DNA of 64,000 nt from Callorhinchus milii. Its lineage: Eukaryota. The translations under genes and the position numbers were made by a program. The notes beneath the pieces were generated by a model. The model searched no databases. It had not been told where the DNA came from and worked only from the letters and a program-made list of their open reading frames with translations. Below, in pieces: positions 1 through 12,465 of the stretch. The stretch covers positions 44,580,001 through 44,644,000 of the forward strand of contig NW_024704742.1 of NCBI RefSeq assembly GCF_018977255.1, written 5' to 3'. The first letter of the stretch is position 1. Each line of letters opens with the position of its first letter.

Positions 1-910
1 GAATCCTACCCATGTGGGTCATATACTTCCAGACAGCAACTGTCATTGACTGTCGGGATTTAACATTCTCTTTGCAACCTTTCATGCTCACATCGGATTT
101 ATTCTACTTAAACACAGTTGTAGAAGATTTATAAAGATTCATACAACAGATATAAAAATGTCTCATTTCACTCTGCACAATGCCTGAAGTCATCTCAATA
201 TAACTCACTTAATTAAATCCTTTCACACTGATTGATGTTTCCATCCCATGGAACCATTTGCCAACAATAGTCCTCCTGTCTTCAGGTCAGAGCCAACAGT
301 ACAAGGAACACTGATATCACAAGGTGGTGTATTCATCAGTGCTTGTGCTAATAAAGCCATGAATCACAACTTTGCTGTTTTAACAAGCAATGATGGGGAC
401 CTAAAACATAGCAATTTCAAACAGCATTCCTTGATTACGGAATCTGGTAATCAATTCAAGAGTGTTTTCTCTGAAATGATCTAATTTTGGAGCAAATTTC
501 CTGCAAGTTATCATCATATACTTAAGTAAATCCCCACTTGGATTTCTTAAACTTTTGCTGACACATACACAGTTGTTACACTTTACAATCAATTCTATGA
601 AGAGTTTTGAGGCATTCCAACATGCTGATATAGTACTCCATCAAATCAAGGATTGTTATAATTAAAAATCCTGTTTGAAACCTCTGCTTTAGACTCCAGT
701 ACAACATATCCATTCAACATTCATACCAATCATATCACTTATCAGGATTCCACTGTGCTACAGTTGACATTTTTGCTAACTCCTCGCTGTGCACCACTAT
801 TACACTACCTTTGTTAACCTTATTAAAGTGCGCAAAACAGATTCCAATGTTATTATTATGGTCATGAGCAAAATGCATTTTCTGGATTGAATATTTCTTG
901 ATTTATGCCA

Positions 911-1036
911 TAAATTGTGTGCTGCATTTTGCCCACAAAATATATAGTCAATTCACTTTACAGTATATTGTGTGAAGCGCTTTTAGACATCTCAAAGAAT
1001 TGATAAGGTGCTGTATCAAATACAAGGATTATTATT
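911..1036 (+). mobile_element. 3' part of tRNA-derived SINE (family A)
   Basis: Matches the 3' half of the full copy at 36312-36678: ...gcccacaaaatatatagtcaattcactttacag...aagcgcttttagacatctc...caaatacaaggattattatt. Confidence 0.85.
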
Positions 1037-1044
1037 TTTATAAT

Positions 1045-1175
1045 TGAGTGATTGTTGGCCAGAATACAACTCCCTTCTCTTTTTGAATCTAGGGATGGAA
1101 CTTTACCGTTCACCTGCACAGGCAGATAGTAACTCAGGTTAATGTCTCATCCAAAGGATAACGGTCTACTGTTGC
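1045..1175 (-). mobile_element. Deu-domain SINE fragment
   Basis: ttggccagaatacaactccc...gggatggaactttaccgttcacctgcacaggcagat...ggttaatgtctcatccaaagga is similar to 35170-35505 and 46018-46395. Confidence 0.65.
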
Positions 1176-1526
1176 CTGAAACTTTTACCATGTTGCTATG
1201 TTTTGCTTTAATAATAATTGAAATTAACTCCGGAGCATAAACAAATTGTAGAAATGCCTTATAAATATATGACTGGATACGATACACGCTTTTATCACTT
1301 TGGGATAACCAGGACAGAGGGAATTTGCTGAATTTTGTGGTAAATTTATGGAATTTCTATGTATCACAAATATCTAAAAACAATTACAAATATCAAAATC
1401 TACACACAGAACTGCAAGTTTGATTGCTGCAAGTGGCAGCAAGAGAGAGAAGAAATCAATTGTTTCCCAGTTTAATTGTAAGGATGGTCGCATTTCTTTA
1501 GATTTTGTAATTGTTTCCTCTGCATT

Positions 1527-1788
1527 ATGGCAGGCGGGCTTTCAGCCACTCTGCTCCCATGCTCTGAAACTCCATCCTGCAGTCCCTCCGCCTCGCTCCC
1601 TCCCTTGCCTCTTTCAAGACCTATCTCAAGACCCTCCTCTTCGACCGTGCCTTCAATCACCCTCCTTCCCCCCCATCCTCCACCCTCCCCAATCCCGAGC
1701 CCCAACTCAGGTCCAAAACATGGCCTGTCCAGTGCCTTGGGACATCATCCCGACGTGAAAGGCACTATACAAATGTAATTTTGTTGTT
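1527..1788 (+). mobile_element. L2-clade LINE 3' fragment
   Basis: C-rich ORF2 end plus the conserved tail gtgccttgggacatcatcccgacgtgaaaggcactatacaaatgtaattttgttgtt, the same as the end of the RT-bearing copy at 58655-60255. Confidence 0.9.
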
Positions 1789-1810
1789 ATATACAACCAG
1801 TGTTTTACTT

Positions 1811-2035
1811 CATAGAATCATAGAATTATACAGCACAGAAGGAGGCTATTCAGACCATCGTGTCTGTGCTGGCTCTTTGAAAGAGCTGTCCAAATTAGCC
1901 CCACTTCCCCGCTCTCTCCCCATAACCCTACAAGTTTGTCCTCCCAAAATATTTATCTATTTCTCTCTTGAAACTCATTGTCAAATTGGCTTCCACCATC
2001 CTTTCAGGCAATGTATTTCAGATCTGAACAACTCG
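1811..2035 (-). mobile_element. CR1-clade LINE 3' end
   Basis: Minus-strand tail ...gcctccttctgtgctgtataattctatgattctatg (8-nt tandem tail). Near-identical to 46580-46731. Confidence 0.85.
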
Positions 2036-3269
2036 GAACAACACTTGTTAACATTTGATTTCAATAATTGTTTAATCTTGCTTAAAATGCACTTATTCAG
2101 ATTTTATGTGATCTAATTCAGGAAAATGTTCATATTTCCCTTGTTAAATATATTGAGTGTATCCAAGTAAATCAACATAGGGAGTTTAAAAAATCAAAGT
2201 ATGCCATTCGATTTACGGCTGCAGTATCCTGTCATTAAAGGACTGTCCTGCCTCTTGTAGTTTACAGGACTCATGCATAAATTGTTAGAATGTAATTTAC
2301 AGTAAAATACTTAGTTGCCCTAAAGTGGAGACCACAGAAGCTGAATTGGGTTTATAATTTAATTTAAATTCAGGGTCTGTTCCCGGAATGGCAATTGAGG
2401 TCATATTTGCTACTAATAAATAAATGTATAGCCTCTTCATGTATTATATATTGTTTGAATTTGTTAGGTCTGAATAATACATAGTCTCTGGTAATTTATT
2501 TATAAAGATTAAATGTGAATTTTCCTTGTGTCCGATGCTTATGAAAGGCAAATTTTTCATGCAGTTGAGCTGTATATTCTCATTAGTTATGCTTGCTCAG
2601 TACCTTGCATTGAATAATTCCAGAGCCATTTAATTTTGATTGGTAACTTTTCAATGTCTATACATCAGAAAGGGACAACATTTGCAATATTCACTGTATA
2701 TGTATTCAGAGAGTTACATCATTTATGAACAATGCAATATTTTAATTCAAAATAAGAAAAACATTGAAATCTCAAAAGAATATTTAAGCGCTGCATTTCA
2801 GATCATTTTACTAGAATTGTCTTTAACTTCTGATCTGTACGCTGACAATCAGAAGCTGTGTCTCACCAACACATAATGAGAGGATAGTTGAAGATGATGA
2901 AGAGAGGCAACTTATCAAGGGCACAATTTTCACAAACTGCACAATTCAATAATGTAGACGAGAAATACAAATACATGAACGTAACTGAAAGAAGACATGG
3001 CACTGTTATATCACCGAGATATGCTTTCTGTACAATCTCCGAATTAACAAAAATGGCCATAAGGGAAGCAATAACTCCACATTTCACCAACTCGGATGTC
3101 ATTCTCTGCCTGTTGTAGCTCTGAATTGGTCCAGGACATGAACCACTTTGGAATCTACCATTTCTTCGCTGTAAAATGCTGCAATAATATTTTAGTGAGT
3201 AAGACTACCAGTTTAGTGTCACTAAGACCTAGGGTGTTCCTTTACCAAACCCACTTAATGTCGACCCTT

Positions 3270-3497
3270 AAAACCAACAGAGAGAATTGTCCCATAGGTT
3301 TACAGTTGTTAAGGGCAATTTCAGTGTTTCTATATTCAGAGGGTAATCAATGACTGGAACAGGTTGCCAGGAAAAATGGTAGCTGCCTGGACACTGGACT
3401 AATTTAAAAACCTGCTTGATGTAGGGTGTAGTTAGGTTTTCTGGAAGGATGAGATCAGATGAGCCTAAGAGCTTTCTTCATCCAAACCAATCTTGTC
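3270..3497 (+). mobile_element. Decayed CR1 3' end
   Basis: ttcagagggtaatcaatgactggaacaggttgccagg reads QRVINDWNRLP, the typical CR1 ORF2 C-terminus. The 3' UTR resembles 52820-53090. Confidence 0.7.
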
Positions 3498-3748
3498 AGT
3501 AAGTAGGAACCCGGTCGTTAGTCAATTGGCAGATCGCTTTTCTGGGGGTAATAATTCCTTCAAAAAAAAATTGGTCATTTCTATCCATGACTCTTCTGTG
3601 CACAATTGGCTGCATCGTTTTGCCCACAAAATATACAATCAGCTCACTTTACAGTATATTCTGTGAAGCTCTTTGAAATGTCTCAAAGATGTGATAAGGC
3701 ACTATATCAAATGCAAGGATTATTATTATTTTTTTTATTTTTATTATC
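3498..3748 (+). mobile_element. 5'-truncated family A SINE (long form)
   Basis: agtaagtaggaacccggtcgttagtcaattggcagatcgc...aaatgcaaggattattattatt. Confidence 0.9.
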
Positions 3749-4499
3749 ATCTGTGTGATCCGTCAATGCGGATAAGATTAATGCTCCGAACCCACTGTTG
3801 TAATCCATTTGGTATACCTAATCTTTGGCATACTAAGTATTAACAGGAATAGAAATAAACTGTAAAATGTCTGCCATATGGCTTTAGTTTGAATTAATTA
3901 AATCATAATCCCTGTTTCGGGTGCAACAATCAAATATTATAATATGTTCTTATTTAGAGCTATCGTTGTAGAGATAGAAAATGAGGCCAGCAGTATAATA
4001 AATGATTCAAATATACTATTTTTGAAATATTGATAGAGGAAGTCCCATGAACTGAACAGAGCTGGAAATTAATCCCCATACTCATGGCTGAATATATTAC
4101 ACAAATTAGAGGTCTATTTCTCCAGATAAGTAGTATGGAAAAGATAACACGTTTCTAGCTTTGAAGTTCTTAACACTTGAAGAAGGAAGATACAATTAAT
4201 TACTACTCTTTGTGCCAGCACTTGCAGCAGAAATCTTCACAAGGGACAAATGAACACCATATAAGAATGAAATGCACAACATTTGCCTTCAATGGTATTA
4301 TGGTTCGAATCCAGCCCATTTTTAATGGTGTGCCCAGGAATTGAAACATGTGTCACTCTTAAGCACATTGACTTTGCTTCAAAGAAACAATCCCTCAGGT
4401 ATCACACTATCCAGTCAATTCAAACGGAAAACAATAATTTCAAACAAAATATTCTTCTAGCAGGTGTCTATGTCTGCGCCATTGACCTACAACTTGTAA

Positions 4500-4760
4500 G
4501 ATAGGAACATGTGAACAGGAAGACTCCATACAGTCTATCATGCATGCTTCACCAGTTTATTGTTTCTCAGTAAAACTTTTAAAATAATTTCTCAACAACC
4601 CTTAAAAGCCTTATGTCCCACATCTCACTTTTAAGCATCCAAATTGGCTCTGACTACAGCCTTTTCCAGTAGTGAATTCCAAATCGTATTCTGATTACTG
4701 CTTGGTCATTATCTTGGCCATAAATTATTATTTTTCTTCTTTTCACCAGTATATTTGTGC
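4500..4760 (-). mobile_element. Highly decayed CR1 3' end
   Basis: Begins ataggaacatgtgaacaggaagactccatacag (reverse of a CR1 tail) and contains ttttccagtagtgaattccaaatc (reverse of a WNSLP-like motif). Confidence 0.5.
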
Positions 4761-5733
4761 TCCAGTTTCTGACAATGAGGAAATGGATAGAGAGCTGCTA
4801 AACAGTCATGATGCATCAATTAATGTGGTATTTTGACATTTCTTCAACATTTATTTGCACTTATGTTTTTGCTAAAATGAACAAACACAGGAACATCAGT
4901 CCCAATGATCACCAAATGACTCTTGTGCTGATGGGGCATTCTTTATATTTCTTGCTGAAAACAATATACAACAATACAACACAAATAAAATAGATTCAGA
5001 TATCTTGTTTAATCTTTGCTGATAATATGATCATAATATTACTGTTGTTGGATCATAATCCAGCATACCACATTGACTGTAACAATAAAAATATATGCCA
5101 GACAAATGTTATTCATGATTTCATACCTGGCTACTACAATATAAAGTGCAAATAGTGATAGAATTGAGCTGTTCTTTCATATACTGTATTCACAGTAGAT
5201 CTTGCCCTTAGTTTAGATTAGTACTTTATACATTTGAGATGTGACAGTACGGATCCTGAAGGTTTCCATCATATAAGGATATTTCCATCTTTATTCTCTT
5301 CCGATAACAGTAGTGCTTTGATAGAGCTTGTGCACTTCAACAGAGAAATATTATTGCTTTAACTAAGGTATGTACAGTGCACAATCTAAAATGCAAAATA
5401 CCAATCCTTTATCTTTAAAAAAAATGTGATTGGAGGTGTAATTGATAATATGATAATTGAGGATCAAAGATGAAGATCCTGGAAAAACAAAAGAATTGTG
5501 AGTCTACTGTTGAACTTGGCTGATAAACTGCTTTCCTATTGTGTTGCAGGCAGCCAGCATCTGGAACAGACTTCAGGGACAAAAATGCAATCTTCTGAGG
5601 AATTGTTTACATTTTTATGCATTAGTCAGTTGCAAAATTTCCAGGCATGAAGTCATTGTTGATCAGCAGTGAACCAAAGTGATGCACGTGGCCAAAGTCT
5701 CAGCCGTTCACTGTTGCAGTCACTGTTGCTCAC

Positions 5734-5844
5734 CATAATGTCCCACTGACCGAGCCCGAGAGCATTTGCTTTCATTTTTCTGTGGCGGGAGATCTAATCT
5801 AAAATTATCCACAGCGTTCAGCAGTTCAGGGAGTCTCTGAGGGA
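5734..5844 (-). other. Candidate 111-nt exon (unverified)
   Basis: Minus strand: CTAAC branch point, ttattttctcaacatccAG acceptor, one stop-free frame, ATG|GTGAGC donor. No recognisable protein. Confidence 0.3.
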
Positions 5845-6109
5845 CTGGATGTTGAGAAAATAAGTTAGCTGAGTTTTCTTACATTTTATTTTTTGAGGAA
5901 CTGAGGTAAAGGGCCAAGGCCCCTGTTGCAAGGTTGAAAAGGGCAGGAGAGAAGGCGAGATAAATCAACAAAAAGCTTTTGGTGATTACGTGCTCTTCTT
6001 ACATTCACCAACTAAAAGTGAGACTGCCCTTCCCTTCAGCATAATTATTTGTGAAAGAAAGCTTCTATTATATTGGAAAAATAAATTTAAAAATACATGT
6101 AAGATTTTT

Positions 6110-6310
6110 TTAGTGGATCACCTGGGTGTCTGACACTTTAGGCAAGAGCCAAGGCTAGAATGTGTTGGAGTTTAACCCACTAAAACTAAACAGTTTATAT
6201 TGTGAACACTGGAAAGTTTCCCACTGCTTGTCCAGTTAGGACCATCCTAGCCATTAGGGCTTTGCCTTGCAGGGTTAATAGGCACAGATCTGGTCCTTCA
6301 CTAACAGTGC
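6110..6310 (+). repeat. Fragment of unnamed ~650-bp interspersed repeat (family X)
   Basis: ggcaagagccaaggc...tttcccactgcttgtccagttaggacc...gcagggttaa aligns with 41400-41580. Confidence 0.75.
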
Positions 6311-7883
6311 CTTGGAGCTCGAATGAACTTGGAGGCATTTAGAGCAACTCCGATTTATGAAAGAAGAATGAGAAAAAGACTGTTCCACTCATCGAGCTCT
6401 AGTTTATCAGTCACAACCTCTTCAACTTCTTCAACATTTTACCTCTTCAGCCCCAAATCTGTAATTCCTGTTGAATGAGAAATCTCTACCAGGTTGATTT
6501 TGAATGATGCAAATGAAACTTTCTATTGGGATCGTCCTGCTCCATATAGTGCATATCCAAAATTCAATACTTTGAGCTGAGTAACCTTTGGAATCTTTTC
6601 CTGTGTACTTTTAAAATGCAGTTCCTTTCAGATTCTGTTCCCTCTTAACTTGAACAAGGTTGATGGAAAACATGTGGTGAAGTTTGTACCCTTTGAAAAC
6701 ACAGTGATCAGTAGAGCATCTAATATATTAAAAAATGTCTCACATTTAACTATGATGTTTTGAGGCTCGATAAGAGTAAGCTGATACAAGGAAGCATGTA
6801 GAGCATTTCATCTAATAAAAATTATTTGGATTGTAGAGTTTTCCTTTAAGGAAGAAAATATCTAGTTAGCATTCTTTGACCTTTTCATCCAATTTTTTCT
6901 TAATCTCATTTGGAGACATTTTAAAATAAATTGGCCAAAAAATACCTCCAAGCGGTACTATACACTTTTATATAAATAATAATATTTCCAGTTTAGTGGA
7001 AAAAGGATTGTGATGATATTTTCCTCCCAGGTCTAAGCTGTGATTATTCATGAAGCTTAAAATCAAATTGTAATGCTGATTTTACAGGCCAGTGAATGAG
7101 CTTTTCAAGAGCATTGAGGAATACAGATGTACATTCACCTCAATACTGTGAAGGATTTTCACTGAAACAACTAGCTAACATACGCACATGCAAACTTTTT
7201 CTCTTCTTCCACATATCCCTACTATCTCAACCTTGTGCAGATAAGCTTTCCAGCTACCTGGACACACTAGTTTTTCAGGCAAAACAACAACAACCTGCCC
7301 TTATATTGCAGAAGTTTTCAACATGGGTGAATCTCTCACAGGGGTCCATAAAATGATAATAATTAGGAATGTGATGTCGGCGAACGGGGCAGCTAATTTG
7401 CATCAGAGACATCCCATAAACGAGAATGAGATGAATATAGCAATTTAATTTTTTTATAAATCTTTGTTGTGGTAGCTTACTATATATTCAGCACAATGAT
7501 GAGAAACTTATGATTGGATCTATTCGAAATCTCACTCTATACTTGTATGTCAGAGGCCAAACACACGATAAGCCACTATGCTAGTCGGCTCTGTTTTTCA
7601 AAGGGAATATTCGGTAGCAACGCTGCAATGTTACCTCCTGAGGCAGTGGCTAACCTAGCCCAACACAAGCTTTCATTATACTTTTGGAATTAATAGAGAG
7701 ACAACAACAACAACTTGCATTTGTATAGTGCCCTTCATACCCTTCCTGGCTCTGGTAGCAAGGATTTTTTCTGGACTGCAGACTGAACTGCCACCAGCGG
7801 TTTAGGCCCTTCCTACATTAATCTTTACAAATTTTCTCCAGAGGTCGGGAAAAGTCTGCGGCCAGAAGAAAATACATGGTGAT

Positions 7884-7931
7884 GCGGGCGGGGGGGGGGG
7901 GGGTGGGGGGTGGGGGCCGGGCTGGGGTTGG
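7884..7931 (+). repeat. Poly-G tract with G-quadruplex potential
   Basis: gcgggcggggggggggggggtgggggggtgggggccgggctggggttgg has more than four runs of 3 or more G. Confidence 0.85.
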
Positions 7932-9440
7932 AGCTAAGAGGAGGGAGCGGCCAGGTTTGTAAAGGTTTAGTAGTCACAGCTAGTATTATGTTCCCGTATA
8001 TGAATTACCTGACTTGTTGAATTAAGTTGACAGGAGACAATTCAGCAAGGAAATGGAACAAATGAGGCATTGTATGCAAAGCAGGAGTTTGTTATGAGTT
8101 GATGCTTAAAGACAAACACTTCAACATGCTCGGATGAAATGGACAGATTTGACATTTTCATATAAGCAAGGACATTACTTTACTGTGACAAGCACAGACA
8201 AAGAAGACACAATGAAAGAAGAATGCGCTCGTTGGAATTATCACTTGATAGATAAAATCTTATAGGACAGCTACACTACACAGTTTGTACCAAATGGACG
8301 TGATGATAATAGTATCTAACTAATGTGCCCTCTGAAATAGTACTGCCGTTTATGATGGGCCATGGCCTGTCTAAATCGTCTGGTAAGATAACCTCAGCTT
8401 TGCATCAACTGTAGTTTAACTGTAGTTTAACTGCAATATAACTGTGAAAAATTTAATGCACAAAAAATTGCACATTTTAAGTTTTTAATAGTTTGACCGC
8501 TCTTAAGATGTTTTAATCATGAACCAATGGAGAGCAAAAATGCATCCCATTGCTTTAAGTATGTTACAGTGGAACCGGAGTTCAGGTATAGCTTTTTCGT
8601 AGCTCTGTGTACGTGCTGTTTACAATTACTGAACATGTCAGCTCAGAGTGACAGTGATGGAGAGGCAGCAGTGACTCCAAGTTGGCATCTGGCATCGCTA
8701 TACAACAGGCACCTTGTCAAGCCAGTCATATAAGTGCCTTATTAAGCAATCAGAAAGAGAAAGCCAGCAGCTTGGTCAGACCTTAACTTTGATTAGGGAA
8801 AAAAGGAAAGCTTAAGCAAATAATTTAAACTAGATTTAGTTACCACCAATATATATGTAGCATGTGAAGGAAGTGCAGACTTGGGACTTTCTATTTTCAT
8901 TTTTTCTACGTACAGTGGACATTAATGAATTTTCTCTCACATTTGATCTAGCATCATAGGGAGGGCTTCTCAAAGGAGCCTCACAGGATACATTGTGAAG
9001 TGCAGTGGTTATATATTTTGCTTGGAGTATTATCCTTGAGGAGGTTTGTAGCCTCAACAATGGTTAAGTGTCAAAGATTTCCATGGTACTGATTGTTGAA
9101 ATGCAGTTAAAAAGATGGCAGATTAACCACACGGGTATCCTATCACTAACATCTATGAGGAAGCACTCAAACACTGTCTCTGAAGTCAATAAAAAAATAC
9201 TTTTGGCCAAATGCCAATAAACAGCTCTCTGAGATAGTGGAAGAATTATTGTGCCAAAGTGGATGGGAGGGTAATATTCACAGCCCCCAAACAGTTAATA
9301 ATTCTGCACTGAAATTCTGCCCTTTCTAAACAGAATTGTTATGTTAACAATTGCAGTTTTCATTTCAATGATATTTAAATATTGCAGACTATTGTTTTCT
9401 TTGCTGATCAAAGAAAAAACAAAAGCAGAGGCAAAAGCAA

Positions 9441-9775
9441 GTAACATGACATAAGAACATAATAAGTTAAGAAATATTAGACGAAAAAAAGACCACGGTC
9501 CATCTAGTTCACCTTCCACCTTCCAGGCGGTCGTATGCACATATGTCCCTAACTACCTATGTGCTATATTCCACAATATTATTTTCTAAAAGAAAACAAT
9601 CTAATCTTTGTTTGAAGGAATCAACACTTCTTGCTTTAACTGTCTCTCTAGGGAGCCTGTTCCACAGATTTACTATTCGCTCACTTGAAATAGTGTTTCC
9701 AGTGAGCGTATTTATATGTTAACCTTTCCACCCAACACAAGAGATTTCTGACCATTGTTCACATTTGGAGGAGTA
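9441..9775 (-). mobile_element. CR1 3' end (same family as 31180-32136)
   Basis: Reverse complement of 31900-32136: taagaaatattagacgaaaaaaagaccacggtccatctag...ctagggagcctgttccacagatttac. Confidence 0.85.
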
Positions 9776-10529
9776 CTGGGAGCTGTGATTCTCTAATATT
9801 TGCATTTGCAATAAAATGTCCTCATTTTACAGGGTTCAGATTGTATTTGTCCCTTGGCAAAGTGACCTTGGCACTAGCATTCTCTACTTTCCTGTTCACA
9901 GCAGGGGAAAACATATTTTATTTAGAAATAAAAAGACTGCTGCAGCCTTTTTGTCTTTTTTTTAAAACTTGCACACAATTTTTCGTTTCAAGTAGTTTGC
10001 AAATGTCACAAAAATTATGCCGCTTACAGCATTTTTCCAAAGTAAAATGTGATGGTTCTTAAATTAGGGCCCTTGGCTGTCCATCCTGCTAAGATGCTTG
10101 TGTGTGGAACAGCAAACATGTGAAACCATTGGCAGCTATTCAAGGCTCATCTTGGAGAAGACTGAAGGCAAGGAATTCCATTGAGTCTTAATTGGTAAGA
10201 CCATATTGTCTTAAAAGTTAAGACCATGCAAAATTGTAGAATATTCTTAAGTTCAGCCTTAATTTAAAAGCTGGTCTTGCAGTTTTGAAAGAGAGCTTAC
10301 TTCCAAATGTTCCATAATTCTGTGCAGTCTTTTAACAGAGGAAGGTCTCAAAGGCTAAATCTGGGTGGAATTTCACATCTTGAGTACTTTGTCAATGATG
10401 TTGGTTTTCAGGTGAAGAATGATTTGAACCCTGAAGGTTAACATTTCTGCACCACACTATTGCTTCCTTGGTTTGCATCCATTTCTGAAGTTATACATTG
10501 TAATATTCAGTATTGATATGAACATGATA

Positions 10530-10710
10530 ATAATAATATAATAAAATCCTTGCATTTGACATAGCACCTACTCACATTGTTAAGATGTCACAAAGAGCTT
10601 CACAGAATTTATTGTAAAATGGTACAACTGCGTGTATTTTGTGGGTGAATGGGGCAGCCAATTTGCAGACAACAATGTCCCACAGACATCCATGGAGTGA
10701 ATGACCAAAT
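10530..10710 (-). mobile_element. SINE 3' tail (Deu-SINE or family A type)
   Basis: aatccttgcatttgacatagcacc...gcagccaatttgcagacaacaatgtcccacagac. Confidence 0.7.
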
Positions 10711-11064
10711 CTGGAAAATATGTAAGAGTTCTGAAAATGAGAAGTCATTTGGTAGTAACAGAATTATTTATGATCTGTTCAATAGTTAAATAAATTATAA
10801 AATGCTTTTGGCAATGGCATTTGCAATGCTGTCTGATAATACCTGCCGATATTTCACAAGGGGAACAAAACACATTACATTGCCCATGTCAAGTGTGGAA
10901 TCAATAACCATGGGGTTAAAATATGATGTTTCAGAACCACTTTGATAATTATTGCAAGCGTCACCAAATCTGCTATGAAACATTTCTAAAGACTGGTATA
11001 AAGTCACTCTACCCAGAATTCAGCACAATGGTTAGGGCCAAGTAATTATTTTACATTTTATACA

Positions 11065-11340
11065 GCAACAATAATCCCAAAATATTTTAAAGCATTTTAC
11101 AAGGAATAGCTTTGAAACTTAATGACTATGCATTTGTAGTCAAATTTGGCAGCCAATTTATGCATAGCCATGTACTCCCAGCAGCACAGGACTCCACTTT
11201 CTAAATAAGAACTCAGGATCTTTAATGTCCACTTCAACAGGTAGAAGGAGCCTTGGTTTAATGCCTCATCCAAAGGACAATGATTTGCTCCCTCACTGTT
11301 GGACTGGAATGTCTGCTGAGATTGTGAGCTGCAAGTCTCA
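11065..11340 (-). mobile_element. Deu-domain SINE, decayed
   Basis: ggatctttaatgtccacttcaacaggtagaaggagccttggtttaatgcctcatccaaaggaca is the reverse of the conserved Deu core (gatgagacgttaaaccgaggcccc...gatgtaaaagatcccatggcact, recalled consensus). Confidence 0.7.
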
Positions 11341-11719
11341 ATTTGAGTCATTCCCATTGTTGTTTTCATTCTCCATGAGATACTGCCTTAGGGTAATTCT
11401 GATCCTGGGAGCAAGATACAAAGAGTTACGATGGGTTACAAGGAAAAATAGTTGAAGCTGGGATGGCAGACAGATACTATAGGATGATAGGGTAAGTATT
11501 TTGGAATGCCAAATGGGCTGAAGGAACTTGTTCATTGAAATTTTTCTTGCGATCTTATTAACAAGAATCGTAGCTGCTAGTAGAAAACAAAGATGGCAGT
11601 GCAGAAACCACTTCAAACACACTTCAAACACACTTCACGCCCAACCATTGTGCCAAAGTTAGGAGGAGTAGGTTGTATTGCAATGTTTATTGACAGATGT
11701 GATAGCACAATTGCCAATA

Positions 11720-12070
11720 TATAATCTATTATCAAGGAGGCCATTCGGCCCATTGAGTCTGCACAGGCTCTCAGGTGAAACTGTTCATTAAATCCCACTG
11801 CCTGGCTCTATCTCTATACCTCTTGAACAACAACAAAAAGTAACAACTTGCATTTATATATCGACATTCACGCAGTGTTATATCTCAGAGAGATTCTCAA
11901 TGGCCTAGTTTGACACCGAGCTGGGAGAAGGGACAGGTGACAATAGACACAGTCGAAAAGGAAAGTGTCTATCTTTCATATTCCCATTTACCTTCCTCTT
12001 GAAACCTACAATGGATTCTGCCTCTGGCACCTTACTTGGCAGAGCATTTCCCATCTCAACAACTATTCTA
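11720..12070 (-). mobile_element. CR1 3' end interrupted by an L2 3' fragment (about 11826-11965)
   Basis: ggaggccattcggcccattgagtctg... stops at (caa)n-cttgcatttatata..., then resumes ttcctcttgaaacc...ggcagagcatttcc. Confidence 0.75.
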
Positions 12071-12465
12071 TAATGCAGGCAACTATATTGAAGGACTATG
12101 ATGACTGCAAATAGGTATTTGTCGTCTCTGTCATCAGAGAATACAATGATTGGCAGGAGCAAAATACTCTCCAGTAATGGCCAGTGTGGAGCAATCCCCT
12201 CTCTTAACACTGACAGTTCTGGGCCTTCACTCACACATTCTGTATTGGCTGAGTTAAGTCACTGACTGCCAAGAGTTTGCAGCTGCTTCTAAAGAAGTAC
12301 AATCTGGTACCATCGCTGAACCGTAATTTGGAGTGCTACTTTTGGTGCTCTGCATTCCCTACTGAAACATAATGGCACATATTCCTATTGACCTTTATTC
12401 TCACAAGAGGTTGTAGCAGAACAGCAACAGAACACAGAGGAAGATGCAGAGGACTTGAGAGAAAT

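Noticed and set aside
401..660. Minus ORF with CxxC resembling a Gypsy integrase zinc finger
   Set aside because: The CxxC falls in a decayed SINE tail (about 555-660: acagttgttacactttacaatc...caaatcaaggattgttata), and no DDE motifs follow.
7370..7445. Octamer ATTTGCAT as a regulatory site
   Set aside because: It arises by mutation within a decayed SINE tail (gcagccaatttgcac consensus); nothing else supports function.
8406..8433. Short tandem duplications (11-bp units here and at 11611-11637; others at 20582, 26259 and 48814) and microsatellites (20251, 42577, 56345)
   Set aside because: These are ordinary slippage products with no spacer-repeat (CRISPR-like) or higher-order structure.
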